Positions 8,988 through 17,768 of a stretch of 56,759 bases of DNA are shown one piece after another; within the stretch, counting starts at the first letter, position 1; each line of letters begins with the position of its first letter. The position numbers and the translations under genes were made by a program. The stretch covers positions 25,934 to 82,692 of the forward strand of contig MHOE01000006.1 in NCBI GenBank assembly GCA_001819985.1, given 5' to 3'. The stretch comes from Candidatus Spechtbacteria bacterium RIFCSPHIGHO2_02_FULL_43_15b (GTDB taxonomy: Bacteria; Patescibacteriota; Minisyncoccia; Spechtbacterales; HO2-43-30). The notes below the pieces were generated by a model that was given only the letters and a program-made list of their open reading frames with translations, did no database searches and had not been told where the DNA came from.

Positions 8988-10448
8988 TCAATAAAGAGCT
9001 ATTTGAAGCGGCGTTCCGTTCGCGGAAAAGGCGACAGGTTTCTTGTCGATGTAAACACGAAAAGAACCAGGCTCGACCAATACCAATATATCTCGCGAAT
9101 TCACGATAAGGTTTTCCAAAACAGTATGGGCGTTAAACGGAAATGGATTCATTATAGCCATATTTGGAGCATAGGGCCTGATACCCACGACATATTTAAT
9201 AATGAGGTCGTTTATCCATGAATGCAGATAATTATCAATTCCGTTAAATCCGTTTTCGGTTGTGCTGGCCGAATACCGTTTTAGCGGATGGTAATGCTCA
9301 AAACTGTTCGGCCTTAAAGGATCTCCCTCAAAGCTCATTGTTGCGAGCCATTTCTCAAAGAAACTGACAAATTCGCGGCGAAGGCGGTTGTCGTCAAATC
9401 TGATTGCTAAGTTAGCGATCGCTTCGGCTATATGCGAGTTTGTCATAGGCCACATCCTGCCGTTCCATGGGCACATTTCTTTTTTGCCCTTCCATATTCC
9501 ATCCGCGCTGAACTGTGGATCGTCCATGCTTAATGTGGGGAAGGGAACGGGCGTAAAAAATTCTTCGGAATTGAATAGGTGCTTCTTAAATCCTGCCAAG
9601 TGTTTTTTTGAAACAATATTGGTGAAGTAAGGATAAAAGCAAGTTAACGCTTTAACATCCGTTCTTCGCATTTGATTGGCGTCAAAGTCAAAAAACATTT
9701 CCTGAACTGGATCCCACATATATTTCAAGACGGCGTGTTTAACCTTTTGAGCTCTTCGGCTCCAGGCCTCGGCTGAAGCCGTCCCTCCTAAAAGTTGAGC
9801 CATTTTACGCAAGGATTCGTAAAGCTGATAAATATATACTGTGGCATCCACGCCTTTCAAGCAAAATACATTACCCCAACCGACAGAATCGGCCTTATCG
9901 CTTACGGTGGAGTACCTTGGAGAAAACTCCTGCCCGGTCTCGAAGTGATTGACGATGTCATACATATAGAACCGCTCACGGTCGCGTTGTCTCTCAAAGT
10001 ATTCCGCGTAGCGCGAAAGGCCATTATAACAGTATAAAAGGAAATCGCGGTCTGGATGCAACCAGTAAACTTCGAGCACGGATGTTCCCCAGTCGGCATG
10101 ATAAAATGTTTCAGGATTTGCGCCTTTTTCAGGATTAATGTGTCCCGGCAGGGAGCCATCCGCGGCTTGGTTTTCAATAAAGTTAACTATCGATCCTTGA
10201 GCGAGAAGGGGGTTTTCTAGCCACCTTAATTCTCGCATATGCGCCTGGGCGCTGTAAGAGATATGTTGCTGAAAAAAACTAGTCCCCTCGTAAACTCCGG
10301 GCGCGGGAAGATATTTAGCTTCTTGTTTTCTTTTACTAAAATCAAAACTCAAATCCTCCAGATTCTTCCAGCGATAGTTATAGAAGTTTTGAAAGTAGGG
10401 GTTTTGGCAGTCAAGCTTTGGTGGGTCTCCAAAAGGAAAAAAAGTCAT
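8988..10448 (-). CDS. (alpha/alpha)6-barrel glycoside hydrolase, GH63/GH37 (MGH1/trehalase)-like
   Basis: 486 aa. The segments ETGQEFSPRY and WNGRMWPMTNSHIAEAI resemble the acid/base regions of GH63/GH37-type glucosidases. The family assignment is from memory only. Confidence 0.5.
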   Translation of the reverse strand: MTFFPFGDPPKLDCQNPYFQNFYNYRWKNLEDLSFDFSKRKQEAKYLPAPGVYEGTSFFQQHISYSAQAHMRELRWLENPLLAQGSIVNFIENQAADGSLPGHINPEKGANPETFYHADWGTSVLEVYWLHPDRDFLLYCYNGLSRYAEYFERQRDRERFYMYDIVNHFETGQEFSPRYSTVSDKADSVGWGNVFCLKGVDATVYIYQLYESLRKMAQLLGGTASAEAWSRRAQKVKHAVLKYMWDPVQEMFFDFDANQMRRTDVKALTCFYPYFTNIVSKKHLAGFKKHLFNSEEFFTPVPFPTLSMDDPQFSADGIWKGKKEMCPWNGRMWPMTNSHIAEAIANLAIRFDDNRLRREFVSFFEKWLATMSFEGDPLRPNSFEHYHPLKRYSASTTENGFNGIDNYLHSWINDLIIKYVVGIRPYAPNMAIMNPFPFNAHTVLENLIVNSRDILVLVEPGSFRVYIDKKPVAFSANGTPLQIALY

Positions 10449-10464
10449 TTAGATGCCTCCTTGC

Positions 10465-11715
10465 TTAGATTACTATTCTTTTCCGTTCTTCTTCGGTGAG
10501 ATCCTCACATAAAAGATCAAGTATTGCCGCGGCTGACCATGCCTGAACATGATTCGCGGGTTTTGTGCCCCATCCAGCGACGGTATCGGTTGTTTTAAGC
10601 GTTCCGTTTACGGAAGCGTGAAGTTCGGGCGCGCCAGAAAGTAAACAAGCGGTGTTTAGCAAGCTTTCTTTAAGAAGACGGGCTTTTATCTTGCCGTTAA
10701 AATTTTTAGTTCTGTCAAAGGGATGAGTGTAAGCAAAATTTTTCAATCCATAATAAATCATCCAGTTGTCCATTATCCAGATAGATCCGAGGTGGTAGAG
10801 ATAATCGCCGAAGCACGGCTCTTTATCGGAAAGCGTTCTTATGCCATAAGGAGTGCACAAATCCGGCTGGAAAAGCCGTTCCGCGCAGGCATTCATTTTT
10901 TCGGGGTCGTTTATTATGCCGGTGAATAACAAATGACCCTGACTCGATGTCGCGGCATTTATCCGCTTCTTCTTCGCATCAAGAGCTAGAGCGAAAGCTC
11001 CAACATTTTCGTCCCAAAATCGGGCATTAAAGTTATATCTTATAGCTTCAGCGTTTTGATAATACTCCCTCCACTGTCCGTTAAAATGCGCGCTCATTTC
11101 AGACATAAATTTATAGGCAAGATAAGCGTATCCTTGCACTTCGACAAAATTTACCGGATATTCGGGTTCAAAACAGAATGGAGTATGGTCTTTCCAGCAT
11201 TGATTTCGTATGCCGCGGGGGTTCAAACTTTTACATTCTATGAAATAATCTCCGTCAGTATCCCCGTAATATTTCATCCAAGCCGCGGCCGCTTCAAGAT
11301 TGGGCCATATTTCTTCAACAAAATCCCAATCATCGGTAGCGGCGGCATATTTGTGGGCAAGTATTATAAACAGCGGAGTCGCATCAACGGTGCCGTAATA
11401 AGGGAATTCCCAGAATGGTATTTGGGAAACTTGCCATTCAAACTCTCGGTGCTCATGCAGTATTTTTCCAGGTTGCTCTTCGCTTTTCCAGTTGTGTCTT
11501 TTACCTTGCAAACTCGCAAGAATTTTGAGGGTGTTCCGAGCTATTTCGGGAGCATTGCCAATGCGAGCATTAAGAAGCATTAAGGAAGTGATGATCGAAT
11601 CTCGTCCAAAGAGCCATCGAAAGTCCTTGCCGCCCGCGAAAAGATAGCCGTATGTCGGATGCTTAAGGGATTCAAGGTCATTTATCATTTTTGCTAAAAG
11701 TTGAGTTTTGTCCAT
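10465..11715 (-). CDS. Amylo-alpha-1,6-glucosidase / glycogen-debranching-enzyme C-domain (GDE_C) family protein
   Basis: Motifs FGRDSIITS, GKILHE, YGTVDATPLF, NQCWKD, FVEVQGYAY, GIRTLS, YHLGSIW and QAWSAAA follow the GDE_C pattern. Confidence 0.7.
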   Translation of the reverse strand: MDKTQLLAKMINDLESLKHPTYGYLFAGGKDFRWLFGRDSIITSLMLLNARIGNAPEIARNTLKILASLQGKRHNWKSEEQPGKILHEHREFEWQVSQIPFWEFPYYGTVDATPLFIILAHKYAAATDDWDFVEEIWPNLEAAAAWMKYYGDTDGDYFIECKSLNPRGIRNQCWKDHTPFCFEPEYPVNFVEVQGYAYLAYKFMSEMSAHFNGQWREYYQNAEAIRYNFNARFWDENVGAFALALDAKKKRINAATSSQGHLLFTGIINDPEKMNACAERLFQPDLCTPYGIRTLSDKEPCFGDYLYHLGSIWIMDNWMIYYGLKNFAYTHPFDRTKNFNGKIKARLLKESLLNTACLLSGAPELHASVNGTLKTTDTVAGWGTKPANHVQAWSAAAILDLLCEDLTEEERKRIVI

Positions 11716-11778
11716 GCGGGCTCCTTTTGTATGAAATTTTTAAGGAAGTTTACCTATTATGTAAATTCTATACAGTTT

Positions 11779-11790
11779 GTCAATATTGAC
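11779..11790. promoter_or_regulatory. Perfect 12-bp palindrome GTCAATATTGAC in a divergent promoter region (candidate operator)
   Basis: Read directly from the sequence. It overlaps a TTGACT -35-like hexamer (11786-11791). TATATT/TATTGT -10-like hexamers lie 15-17 nt downstream. Confidence 0.25.
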
Positions 11791-11880
11791 TGTTTAGTAA
11801 CGCGCATATATTGTATGCGGTTGAACTTTGACAAATAAAAACCGAAAGCTAAGTTCAAACTTGGAAAACAGGAGGATGCT

Positions 11881-14616
11881 ATGGTATCTGGACGCGATGC
11901 GCCCTTACCTCAAAAGACCGGATTGGAGCTTATCGCGGGATTAATGGGAGCCCTGATTCCTATGATATCCGTACCGCTAATCGGGTTTTTCGTTTTCTTG
12001 ATGTTCACATGGTCGCCGTATTTTTCGACTTTTGCCGCGTTTATTTATGGCGCGCTCGCGTCATTTGTAGTCGGAGTTGTGATTTGTGTAATTCAGGGAC
12101 GCATTAACAAATATGTATCGAATTACTTCCTTTCAGAAGAATACGGCACGCTCAAAGGAAGTGAACGCAGAGCGATGGCGAGAAAGGCCGTTAGGGAAGT
12201 GCGGGAAGACTCGATACGAAAGCATGCTTGGCAGACAAGGTTCAACTTATACAGGCGCGGAGTAATAATCGTCGTCGCGCTTTTTGTTGTTGCGTATTTT
12301 GCGAATTCTCTATTTGGCATATACCCTAAAGATCTATTCAAAATTTCACCTTATCTGCTTATAGCTTTGTGGGTGATCCTTGTATTACTGCTTCCGGACA
12401 TCTTTCTTGTATTGCTAATCGTTACGCTTACCGGAATATCACTGTCGCTACACATACTCGGCCCGACGATACTGATGTATTTTATTCCGTTTTTGTTTTT
12501 GATGCCTATGAATTTTCTAATGATGTTTTTAGTGATGTTTGGACCCTTGATGATAATAAACATTGCGCAGATACAGACATTGAAACCCACAGACGCGAGA
12601 TGGGGCAACACGCCCGATGATGTTCGCGGGCAGAAAAGCGCTATGCGTCAGTTGCTTTTACAGATACGGATTATCGCTTCTGCCGAAGGGGACGAAATGG
12701 TTAAAAAAGTGGGCGAGCGAGGAAGGCCTAGGGGGATTTTGTTATTCGGTCCTCCGGGCGTTGGCAAAACTCACAGCATGAGAGCTATGGCTACAATCCT
12801 GAACGCGCCCATTATGATAATACCGGCGAGCGCTTTCAGCTCCGCGTTTATGGGTGTCGGCATCTGGACAATGTTTGTCGTTAAGATTTTAGCAGGGATT
12901 CTGCAAAAAAAATATAAATGCGTTATTCTGTTTTTCGACGAAGCGGAGCAGATCTTAATGCGCAGGCAAGGCGTGATGGGCGGGGAGTATGAAGCGAAGA
13001 ATATCGAAGCAAGACCTACGATTTTGAATATACTGGAAAGGGACAGTTATGGACGGGTGGCGAATTGCGGACTTGGGTTTATCGGGGCAAATGAGGACGA
13101 AATATCCCCGAGCTCATTTTCCGCGCCAAGAACTCATCGATTCATGTTTCCCGGGGGAATGGGAGGCATGGGCGGAGGAGGCGCTATGGTTCAGCCGGTG
13201 CTTTTGAACTGGATGGACGGAATGAGAACCCCGCCATTGCTTTCCAGAATATGGAGAGGCAAAGTTAATGATCTGGCTACGGCGTTCTGGATACCGCCAA
13301 TGACTAAATTCGGAGGCAAAACTATTCATTTTCGCGTTCCTCCGGCGGATCCTCCTCCGGATAACGCGGTATTTGTTGCGGCTACAAATATGCCGCACAT
13401 GATTGATCCGGCTTTTCAGCGTTATGGACGCTTTGGCTTAAAAATTCATTTTTCGAAGCCGAGCGAGGAAGACAGAGAAGATCTTATCGATTTATTCTTC
13501 TCGCGTCTTAAGGAAAAGGGCATATTGGATCCGGATCTTGACCAGCCCGATCGGAAAAAAGAATTCGCTAGAGCCACAGTTGGGCTTTCTCATGTGGAAA
13601 TAGAACAGGTTACCATGGATGCTTATATGTTGCGCAATGTCCATATTCAGCGTGTTCGCGAATTAAAGCGCAGATTAGATTCAAAAGATGAGTTGGACCA
13701 ATATGAAAAACGGTTTTGGGAAAGGTTTAAGGGGGAGATGGAGCAAAGCGGCTGGGATCGAATGATTGTTAACTGGGAGTCGCTTTCAGAGGCGCTTATG
13801 AATATCCGTTCCGGTGAGGCAAACCCCGCTATTACATCGCCTCGTCACAGAAAAACTACAGCTTACCACGAGTTTATGGGTCATATGCTTCCTCTTGGTT
13901 ACTTCTGCCAAGATGTGATGCGGCCAGTAGCTCTGTCTGTTATGCCAAGAGGCGGAGCTTTGGGTATGGTGATACATGTACCCATAGAGGAACGCGATCC
14001 AGAACCGCAACGGGTGTTTGACGGACTTTTACGAGTGATGGTCGGTTCGGTCATCGCGGAACGCGTATTTTTTGGAGATAACCAGCCCGGGGTAAGCGGT
14101 GATTTGGATCAAGCAACTAGCCTTTCCGCGTCTATGGTGGGCAGGCTGGCAATGGGTCCAAGAAATTGTTCAGAAGACGAAGAAGAGATATACGCGAATA
14201 TGGGGAAAGGATTCTTCACGCTAAAGGGAGCGGCCATGTTTTCCGCTGAATCCGGAGGATCCGGAGCATCTTCGCTTCAAGACCCCGATAAGCGTCATAA
14301 GATGCTCGTTTTATTGGGGCAGGCAGTCGTAGATGTGTGGCGATTAATAGACAAGAATAGAACATTGGCAGATGACGACACGCTAATCAGGGGCGGTGTG
14401 TGTAATAAATTACTGGAAGTGGACGAAATAACGGGCAGTGAACTCGAGGAACTATGGTCTAATCTTGGTAAATCGGTAAAGCCGTTAACTAACGAAGACA
14501 AGATAAAGTGGCCGCCAAAAGAAATATTCGCGTCGGAAAACCCGTTCTACGAAAACAATAACGGAGAGGATATATGGAGCACTCCCGAATATATGTACGG
14601 TATGGACGACTGCTAG
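11881..14616 (+). CDS. FtsH-like membrane AAA+ protein with a degenerate M41 zinc motif (HEFMGH)
   Basis: SD AGGAGG lies 5 nt upstream of the start. There are 6-7 N-terminal hydrophobic segments. AAA+ elements present: Walker A GPPGVGKTH, FMG pore loop, Walker B FFDEAE, AATN sensor-1 and RYGRF. The C-terminal half follows FtsH protease blocks (TAYHEFMGH, MPRGGALGMV, VIAERVFFG, SGDLDQAT). Confidence 0.75.
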   Translation: MVSGRDAPLPQKTGLELIAGLMGALIPMISVPLIGFFVFLMFTWSPYFSTFAAFIYGALASFVVGVVICVIQGRINKYVSNYFLSEEYGTLKGSERRAMARKAVREVREDSIRKHAWQTRFNLYRRGVIIVVALFVVAYFANSLFGIYPKDLFKISPYLLIALWVILVLLLPDIFLVLLIVTLTGISLSLHILGPTILMYFIPFLFLMPMNFLMMFLVMFGPLMIINIAQIQTLKPTDARWGNTPDDVRGQKSAMRQLLLQIRIIASAEGDEMVKKVGERGRPRGILLFGPPGVGKTHSMRAMATILNAPIMIIPASAFSSAFMGVGIWTMFVVKILAGILQKKYKCVILFFDEAEQILMRRQGVMGGEYEAKNIEARPTILNILERDSYGRVANCGLGFIGANEDEISPSSFSAPRTHRFMFPGGMGGMGGGGAMVQPVLLNWMDGMRTPPLLSRIWRGKVNDLATAFWIPPMTKFGGKTIHFRVPPADPPPDNAVFVAATNMPHMIDPAFQRYGRFGLKIHFSKPSEEDREDLIDLFFSRLKEKGILDPDLDQPDRKKEFARATVGLSHVEIEQVTMDAYMLRNVHIQRVRELKRRLDSKDELDQYEKRFWERFKGEMEQSGWDRMIVNWESLSEALMNIRSGEANPAITSPRHRKTTAYHEFMGHMLPLGYFCQDVMRPVALSVMPRGGALGMVIHVPIEERDPEPQRVFDGLLRVMVGSVIAERVFFGDNQPGVSGDLDQATSLSASMVGRLAMGPRNCSEDEEEIYANMGKGFFTLKGAAMFSAESGGSGASSLQDPDKRHKMLVLLGQAVVDVWRLIDKNRTLADDDTLIRGGVCNKLLEVDEITGSELEELWSNLGKSVKPLTNEDKIKWPPKEIFASENPFYENNNGEDIWSTPEYMYGMDDC

Positions 14617-14618
14617 AA

Positions 14619-15197
14619 ATGAACACTTCAAAACTTACCGTTTTGGCGCTATCGGTAGCATTGTTTCTAGCCGTTTTTGTTGCCGGTTGCGCTATGGAAT
14701 GGAGCGAACCGGAAGGCAAGGTAAGGGGCGACTCGACAACTGAAAGGGTCGGTTCGCTTGTCGAGATACTAAATAGTGAGAATGAGAACTTCGCGTATGT
14801 GTATTATGTTAAGTACAACACAAAGGACAACGCATGGGAATTTATGATTTTTGTGAAAGAGCCGTTCGGCAAAGTTTTTAGTAGTGGAGCGAGTGCGCCT
14901 CCGCTAGGCATAGATGACAGCGCTTCCTTGATAAATAGATACGACGGTTTAATAAAAGATCTATTCGTAGGGGTAAGCAAAGAATCGTCGGGGAAATCCG
15001 GAGAGATAAGGGCAAAGGTAATTTTTAGCGATTCGGTTGGGTGGGTTGAGTCCACAGATGAGATGGCTAAAATTTCGGCTCGGCCGCGGGAATGGCAGTT
15101 ATACATGGAAGATAGGACTGGGGGTAAGGAGATAATACTAGAGCCAATCGAGGAGTTGGAAAAACAGTTTAGAAAACGCTACGGAATACCTGAATAA
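14619..15197 (+). CDS. Hypothetical lipoprotein
   Basis: The signal peptide MNTSKLTVLALSVALFLAVFVAGC ends in a lipobox (VAG-C). Its ATG lies 2 nt after the upstream stop. An alternative upstream in-frame ATG at 14574 with a GGAGAGG SD is also possible. I recognised no family. Confidence 0.55.
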   Translation: MNTSKLTVLALSVALFLAVFVAGCAMEWSEPEGKVRGDSTTERVGSLVEILNSENENFAYVYYVKYNTKDNAWEFMIFVKEPFGKVFSSGASAPPLGIDDSASLINRYDGLIKDLFVGVSKESSGKSGEIRAKVIFSDSVGWVESTDEMAKISARPREWQLYMEDRTGGKEIILEPIEELEKQFRKRYGIPE

Positions 15198-15211
15198 TAA
15201 AGGAGGATGAC

Positions 15212-16147
15212 TTGAAAAAGAGATTTGCTTTTTCGAAATTTTTATTTGCGGTGATAGCGGCTGGCGTATTGGCGACGACGGCATGCGGCACAAGAAACGA
15301 ACCGCCCGTTGAGCAAATCACGCCCGAACAGGTTTTAGAAAATAAGATAAAGGACCTCAAAGGGCTAAACTACGGAGCATACGACAAAACACTTCTTTAT
15401 TATGAAATACGCGGAGAAACGGTTGCCGGTTCCTCGCAGTTGCTGGCGGAAAACTTTTTAGTTCCGTCAATGGTGATTCTTGGAGTTGGAAATCCTCCGT
15501 TAGCTTTTCAGCAGGAAGTGTTATTTTCTTTTGCGTGCGGTTCGGAGTTGATGGTTCCGAACCCGATAGATATGATTGATGAAGCATTGCTTAGTGCGGC
15601 CGTCGAGAAAAGTTTAAGCAAAGGTGAAATCTTCGATCCTCCAAAGGACGCGTCCTACGATGTATCAGCAGTTCTTATCGTAGGAAAGGATTTTAATGAA
15701 ATGGCCGCGGGGAAAAATTTAGGAACCGTGGACTTGGCGGATGCAAGGCACACGATAGGCGGCAAGTTTGTAGCGGCGCAAGCCCCGGTAGGATTTAATT
15801 TTACCGCAATTCAGAATAAGTGTGATTTCCCCAGAGGCGACCCAAGGAGATTGGACGCGTTTGACACGGTCTATGTGCACTCTGGTCGTTTGCCGGAAAT
15901 TCGTCCAATAGTGGAACCGGCTAGCGTATCATTCATGAAAGACCTTGATGCCGGGATATTTTACGCGGTAGCGAATTCGTCAAACGGTATAGTTTTTGCG
16001 GGGGGAATGGTTTTTGGATTTCGGGATGGTTTGCCCGAAGTACTCGGGCTTGTTCAAGGCCAGCCGACAAGCGGGGTCGCTATCGTAGCGGATATCAACG
16101 GCATTGTTACCAACGAAAATGCCATACTTAGCTTATTGGCTAAATAG
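15212..16147 (+). CDS. Hypothetical lipoprotein
   Basis: The TTG start has AGGAGG 5 nt upstream. The signal peptide MKKRFAFSKFLFAVIAAGVLATTAC ends in a Cys after a hydrophobic stretch. I recognised no family. Confidence 0.5.
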   Translation: MKKRFAFSKFLFAVIAAGVLATTACGTRNEPPVEQITPEQVLENKIKDLKGLNYGAYDKTLLYYEIRGETVAGSSQLLAENFLVPSMVILGVGNPPLAFQQEVLFSFACGSELMVPNPIDMIDEALLSAAVEKSLSKGEIFDPPKDASYDVSAVLIVGKDFNEMAAGKNLGTVDLADARHTIGGKFVAAQAPVGFNFTAIQNKCDFPRGDPRRLDAFDTVYVHSGRLPEIRPIVEPASVSFMKDLDAGIFYAVANSSNGIVFAGGMVFGFRDGLPEVLGLVQGQPTSGVAIVADINGIVTNENAILSLLAK

Positions 16148-16167
16148 AATCAATTGATAGAAATTAA

Positions 16168-16195
16168 AACACCGGAAAATCCGGTGTTTTGTTTA
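16168..16195. terminator. Rho-independent terminator (usable from both strands)
   Basis: The hairpin AACACCGG-aaaat-CCGGTGTT is followed by TTTGTTT and preceded by an A-run. Confidence 0.65.
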
Positions 16196-16370
16196 CCTCG
16201 ACATTGATTAGTTTTTAACCAGCTTCGATTTAAGAGATTCAATCCTTTTGTAAAATCCCTTTGCGCGCATGGAGTTAAGTGTAAGTTTTTGAAAATCGTA
16301 ATGATGCGTCCATTTGTGAAGGTTTGTCATTTACTTCCTATTGTAGCCGTTTCATAATATAATCAAACCA

Positions 16371-16940
16371 ATGATAATTTTTGTGAAGGGCAATATTCAA
16401 TACATAGGCAAGGACTTTGTGGAAGTTTTTTGCGGAAATATCGGGTATAAAGTATTTTGCCCAGCCAAAAGTTTAAGCAAATTTTCCAAAGGCGAAAGTC
16501 TGGAATTGTTTACGCATCTTCATATAAGAGAAGATGCTCACAATATTTATGGATTCACAACCCGCGAAGAAAGAGATTTTTTTGAAGTGCTTCTCAATAT
16601 TTCAGGCATAGGCCCAAAGAGCGCTCTGGGTATTTTGAACGCGGCTCCTCTGGATATGCTTAAAAATGCGATCGCTTCGGGAGATATGTCCATATTAACT
16701 CGTGTTTCGGGAATAGGCCAAAAAATAGCGCAGAGAATTATACTCGAGCTGAAAGGTAAACTGGAAGTTTTGCCCGGAAAGGCGGGGGATAATGTGCGCG
16801 AGGGCGGAGATGTTATAGAAGCGCTTGTGGGGCTTGGCTACTCTCGCGTTCAAGCGCAGGGCGCGGTAAGCTCAATACCTTCAGCGATTAAGGGTGTGGA
16901 AAACAAGGTCAAAGAAGCTCTGAAAATTTTAGCTTCATAG
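16371..16940 (+). CDS. ruvA: Holliday junction DNA helicase subunit RuvA
   Basis: It has the N-terminal OB fold (MIIFVKGNI...GIGYKVF), HhH motifs (ISGIGPKSA, VSGIGQKIAQRI) and C-terminal domain III. Confidence 0.9.
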   Translation: MIIFVKGNIQYIGKDFVEVFCGNIGYKVFCPAKSLSKFSKGESLELFTHLHIREDAHNIYGFTTREERDFFEVLLNISGIGPKSALGILNAAPLDMLKNAIASGDMSILTRVSGIGQKIAQRIILELKGKLEVLPGKAGDNVREGGDVIEALVGLGYSRVQAQGAVSSIPSAIKGVENKVKEALKILAS

Positions 16941-16961
16941 TATGATGGCGCGAGTATTCAT

Positions 16962-17696
16962 ATGAAGGAAACATTAAAAGCGCTTGGGTTAGAGCCAAAG
17001 GAAGCAAGTATTTACATTGCCCTGCTTGAATTAGGTGAGGCGACGGTTCTTCAAGTTTCAAAGAAAGCAAGGATAAAGCGCCCCACGGCTTATGTGGTTT
17101 TGCAATCACTTGAAATGAAAGGGTTTGCGGCCAGGGTTTTAAGAGAAAAAAGAACATTTTATACTCCCGAACACCCGGAGAAATTGGTGATAGAATCAGA
17201 ACTTAGAACAGAGGAGCTTAAAAAGGCGCTTCCGCAATTTGAGGCTCTTATGAAAAAGGAAACCGGGCCAAGGGTTATGATTTACGAAGGCAAGGAAGAT
17301 GTTGACAGAGCATACGATGATGTATTCATACAAAAAGGCGAAATGCTTGTTATTAGAGTTATTAAAGTTTCCAAGGAATTATTTCCTGGAAGTTTTAAAA
17401 AATTTGAGTACAAAACATTTTCACCCGAATACAGGGCAAGGGAGATTTTAGATAATAGCGATGAGGCAAGGAGCTACGCGGAGGATATTTGGAAAAAGCA
17501 CGGCAAAACATATCGGGGCATCCGTTTCATACCGAAAGAGTTTCTGCCCATCGAAGGGGATATCGGTATTTTCGGTAATAATGTGGTTATAACCTCTCCG
17601 GGAAAGAAATATTTTACAGCGAGAATCGATAGTGAGGAAATAGCTCGCGCATTCCGAGTAATTTTTGAAATGGCATGGCAATCCGCAAAAGAGTAA
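16962..17696 (+). CDS. TrmB-family winged-helix transcriptional regulator
   Basis: The N-terminus LGLEPKEASIYIALLELGEATVLQVSKKARIKRPTAYVVLQSLEMKGF matches the TrmB HTH pattern. Confidence 0.65.
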   Translation: MKETLKALGLEPKEASIYIALLELGEATVLQVSKKARIKRPTAYVVLQSLEMKGFAARVLREKRTFYTPEHPEKLVIESELRTEELKKALPQFEALMKKETGPRVMIYEGKEDVDRAYDDVFIQKGEMLVIRVIKVSKELFPGSFKKFEYKTFSPEYRAREILDNSDEARSYAEDIWKKHGKTYRGIRFIPKEFLPIEGDIGIFGNNVVITSPGKKYFTARIDSEEIARAFRVIFEMAWQSAKE

Positions 17697-17768
17697 TTGC
17701 GGTTGGATGGTAAAGGTGGTAAAATTTCGATGCTTGGATATAGGAAGATAACGAGATTTGTATAAACA

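Noticed and set aside
11056-11583. 175-aa plus-strand ORF inside the GDE_C gene. The same applies to similar long antisense ORFs at 6470-6856, 31477-31863, 33826-34221, 45922-46371, 46262-46684, 47507-47854 and 50474-50845.
   Set aside because: Each is entirely antisense to a gene with strong family motifs. None has an SD or a recognisable domain. This is the usual pattern of antisense open frames.
16208-16330. 40-codon minus-strand ORF (MTNLHKWTHHYDFQKLTLNSMRAKGFYKRIESLKSKLVKN) between the lipoprotein operon terminator and ruvA.
   Set aside because: It has a GGAAG-like SD and would end at the bidirectional terminator. However, a TACAAT -10-like hexamer sits so close that the SD might not be transcribed, and I recognise no family. 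The support is insufficient to call it a gene.
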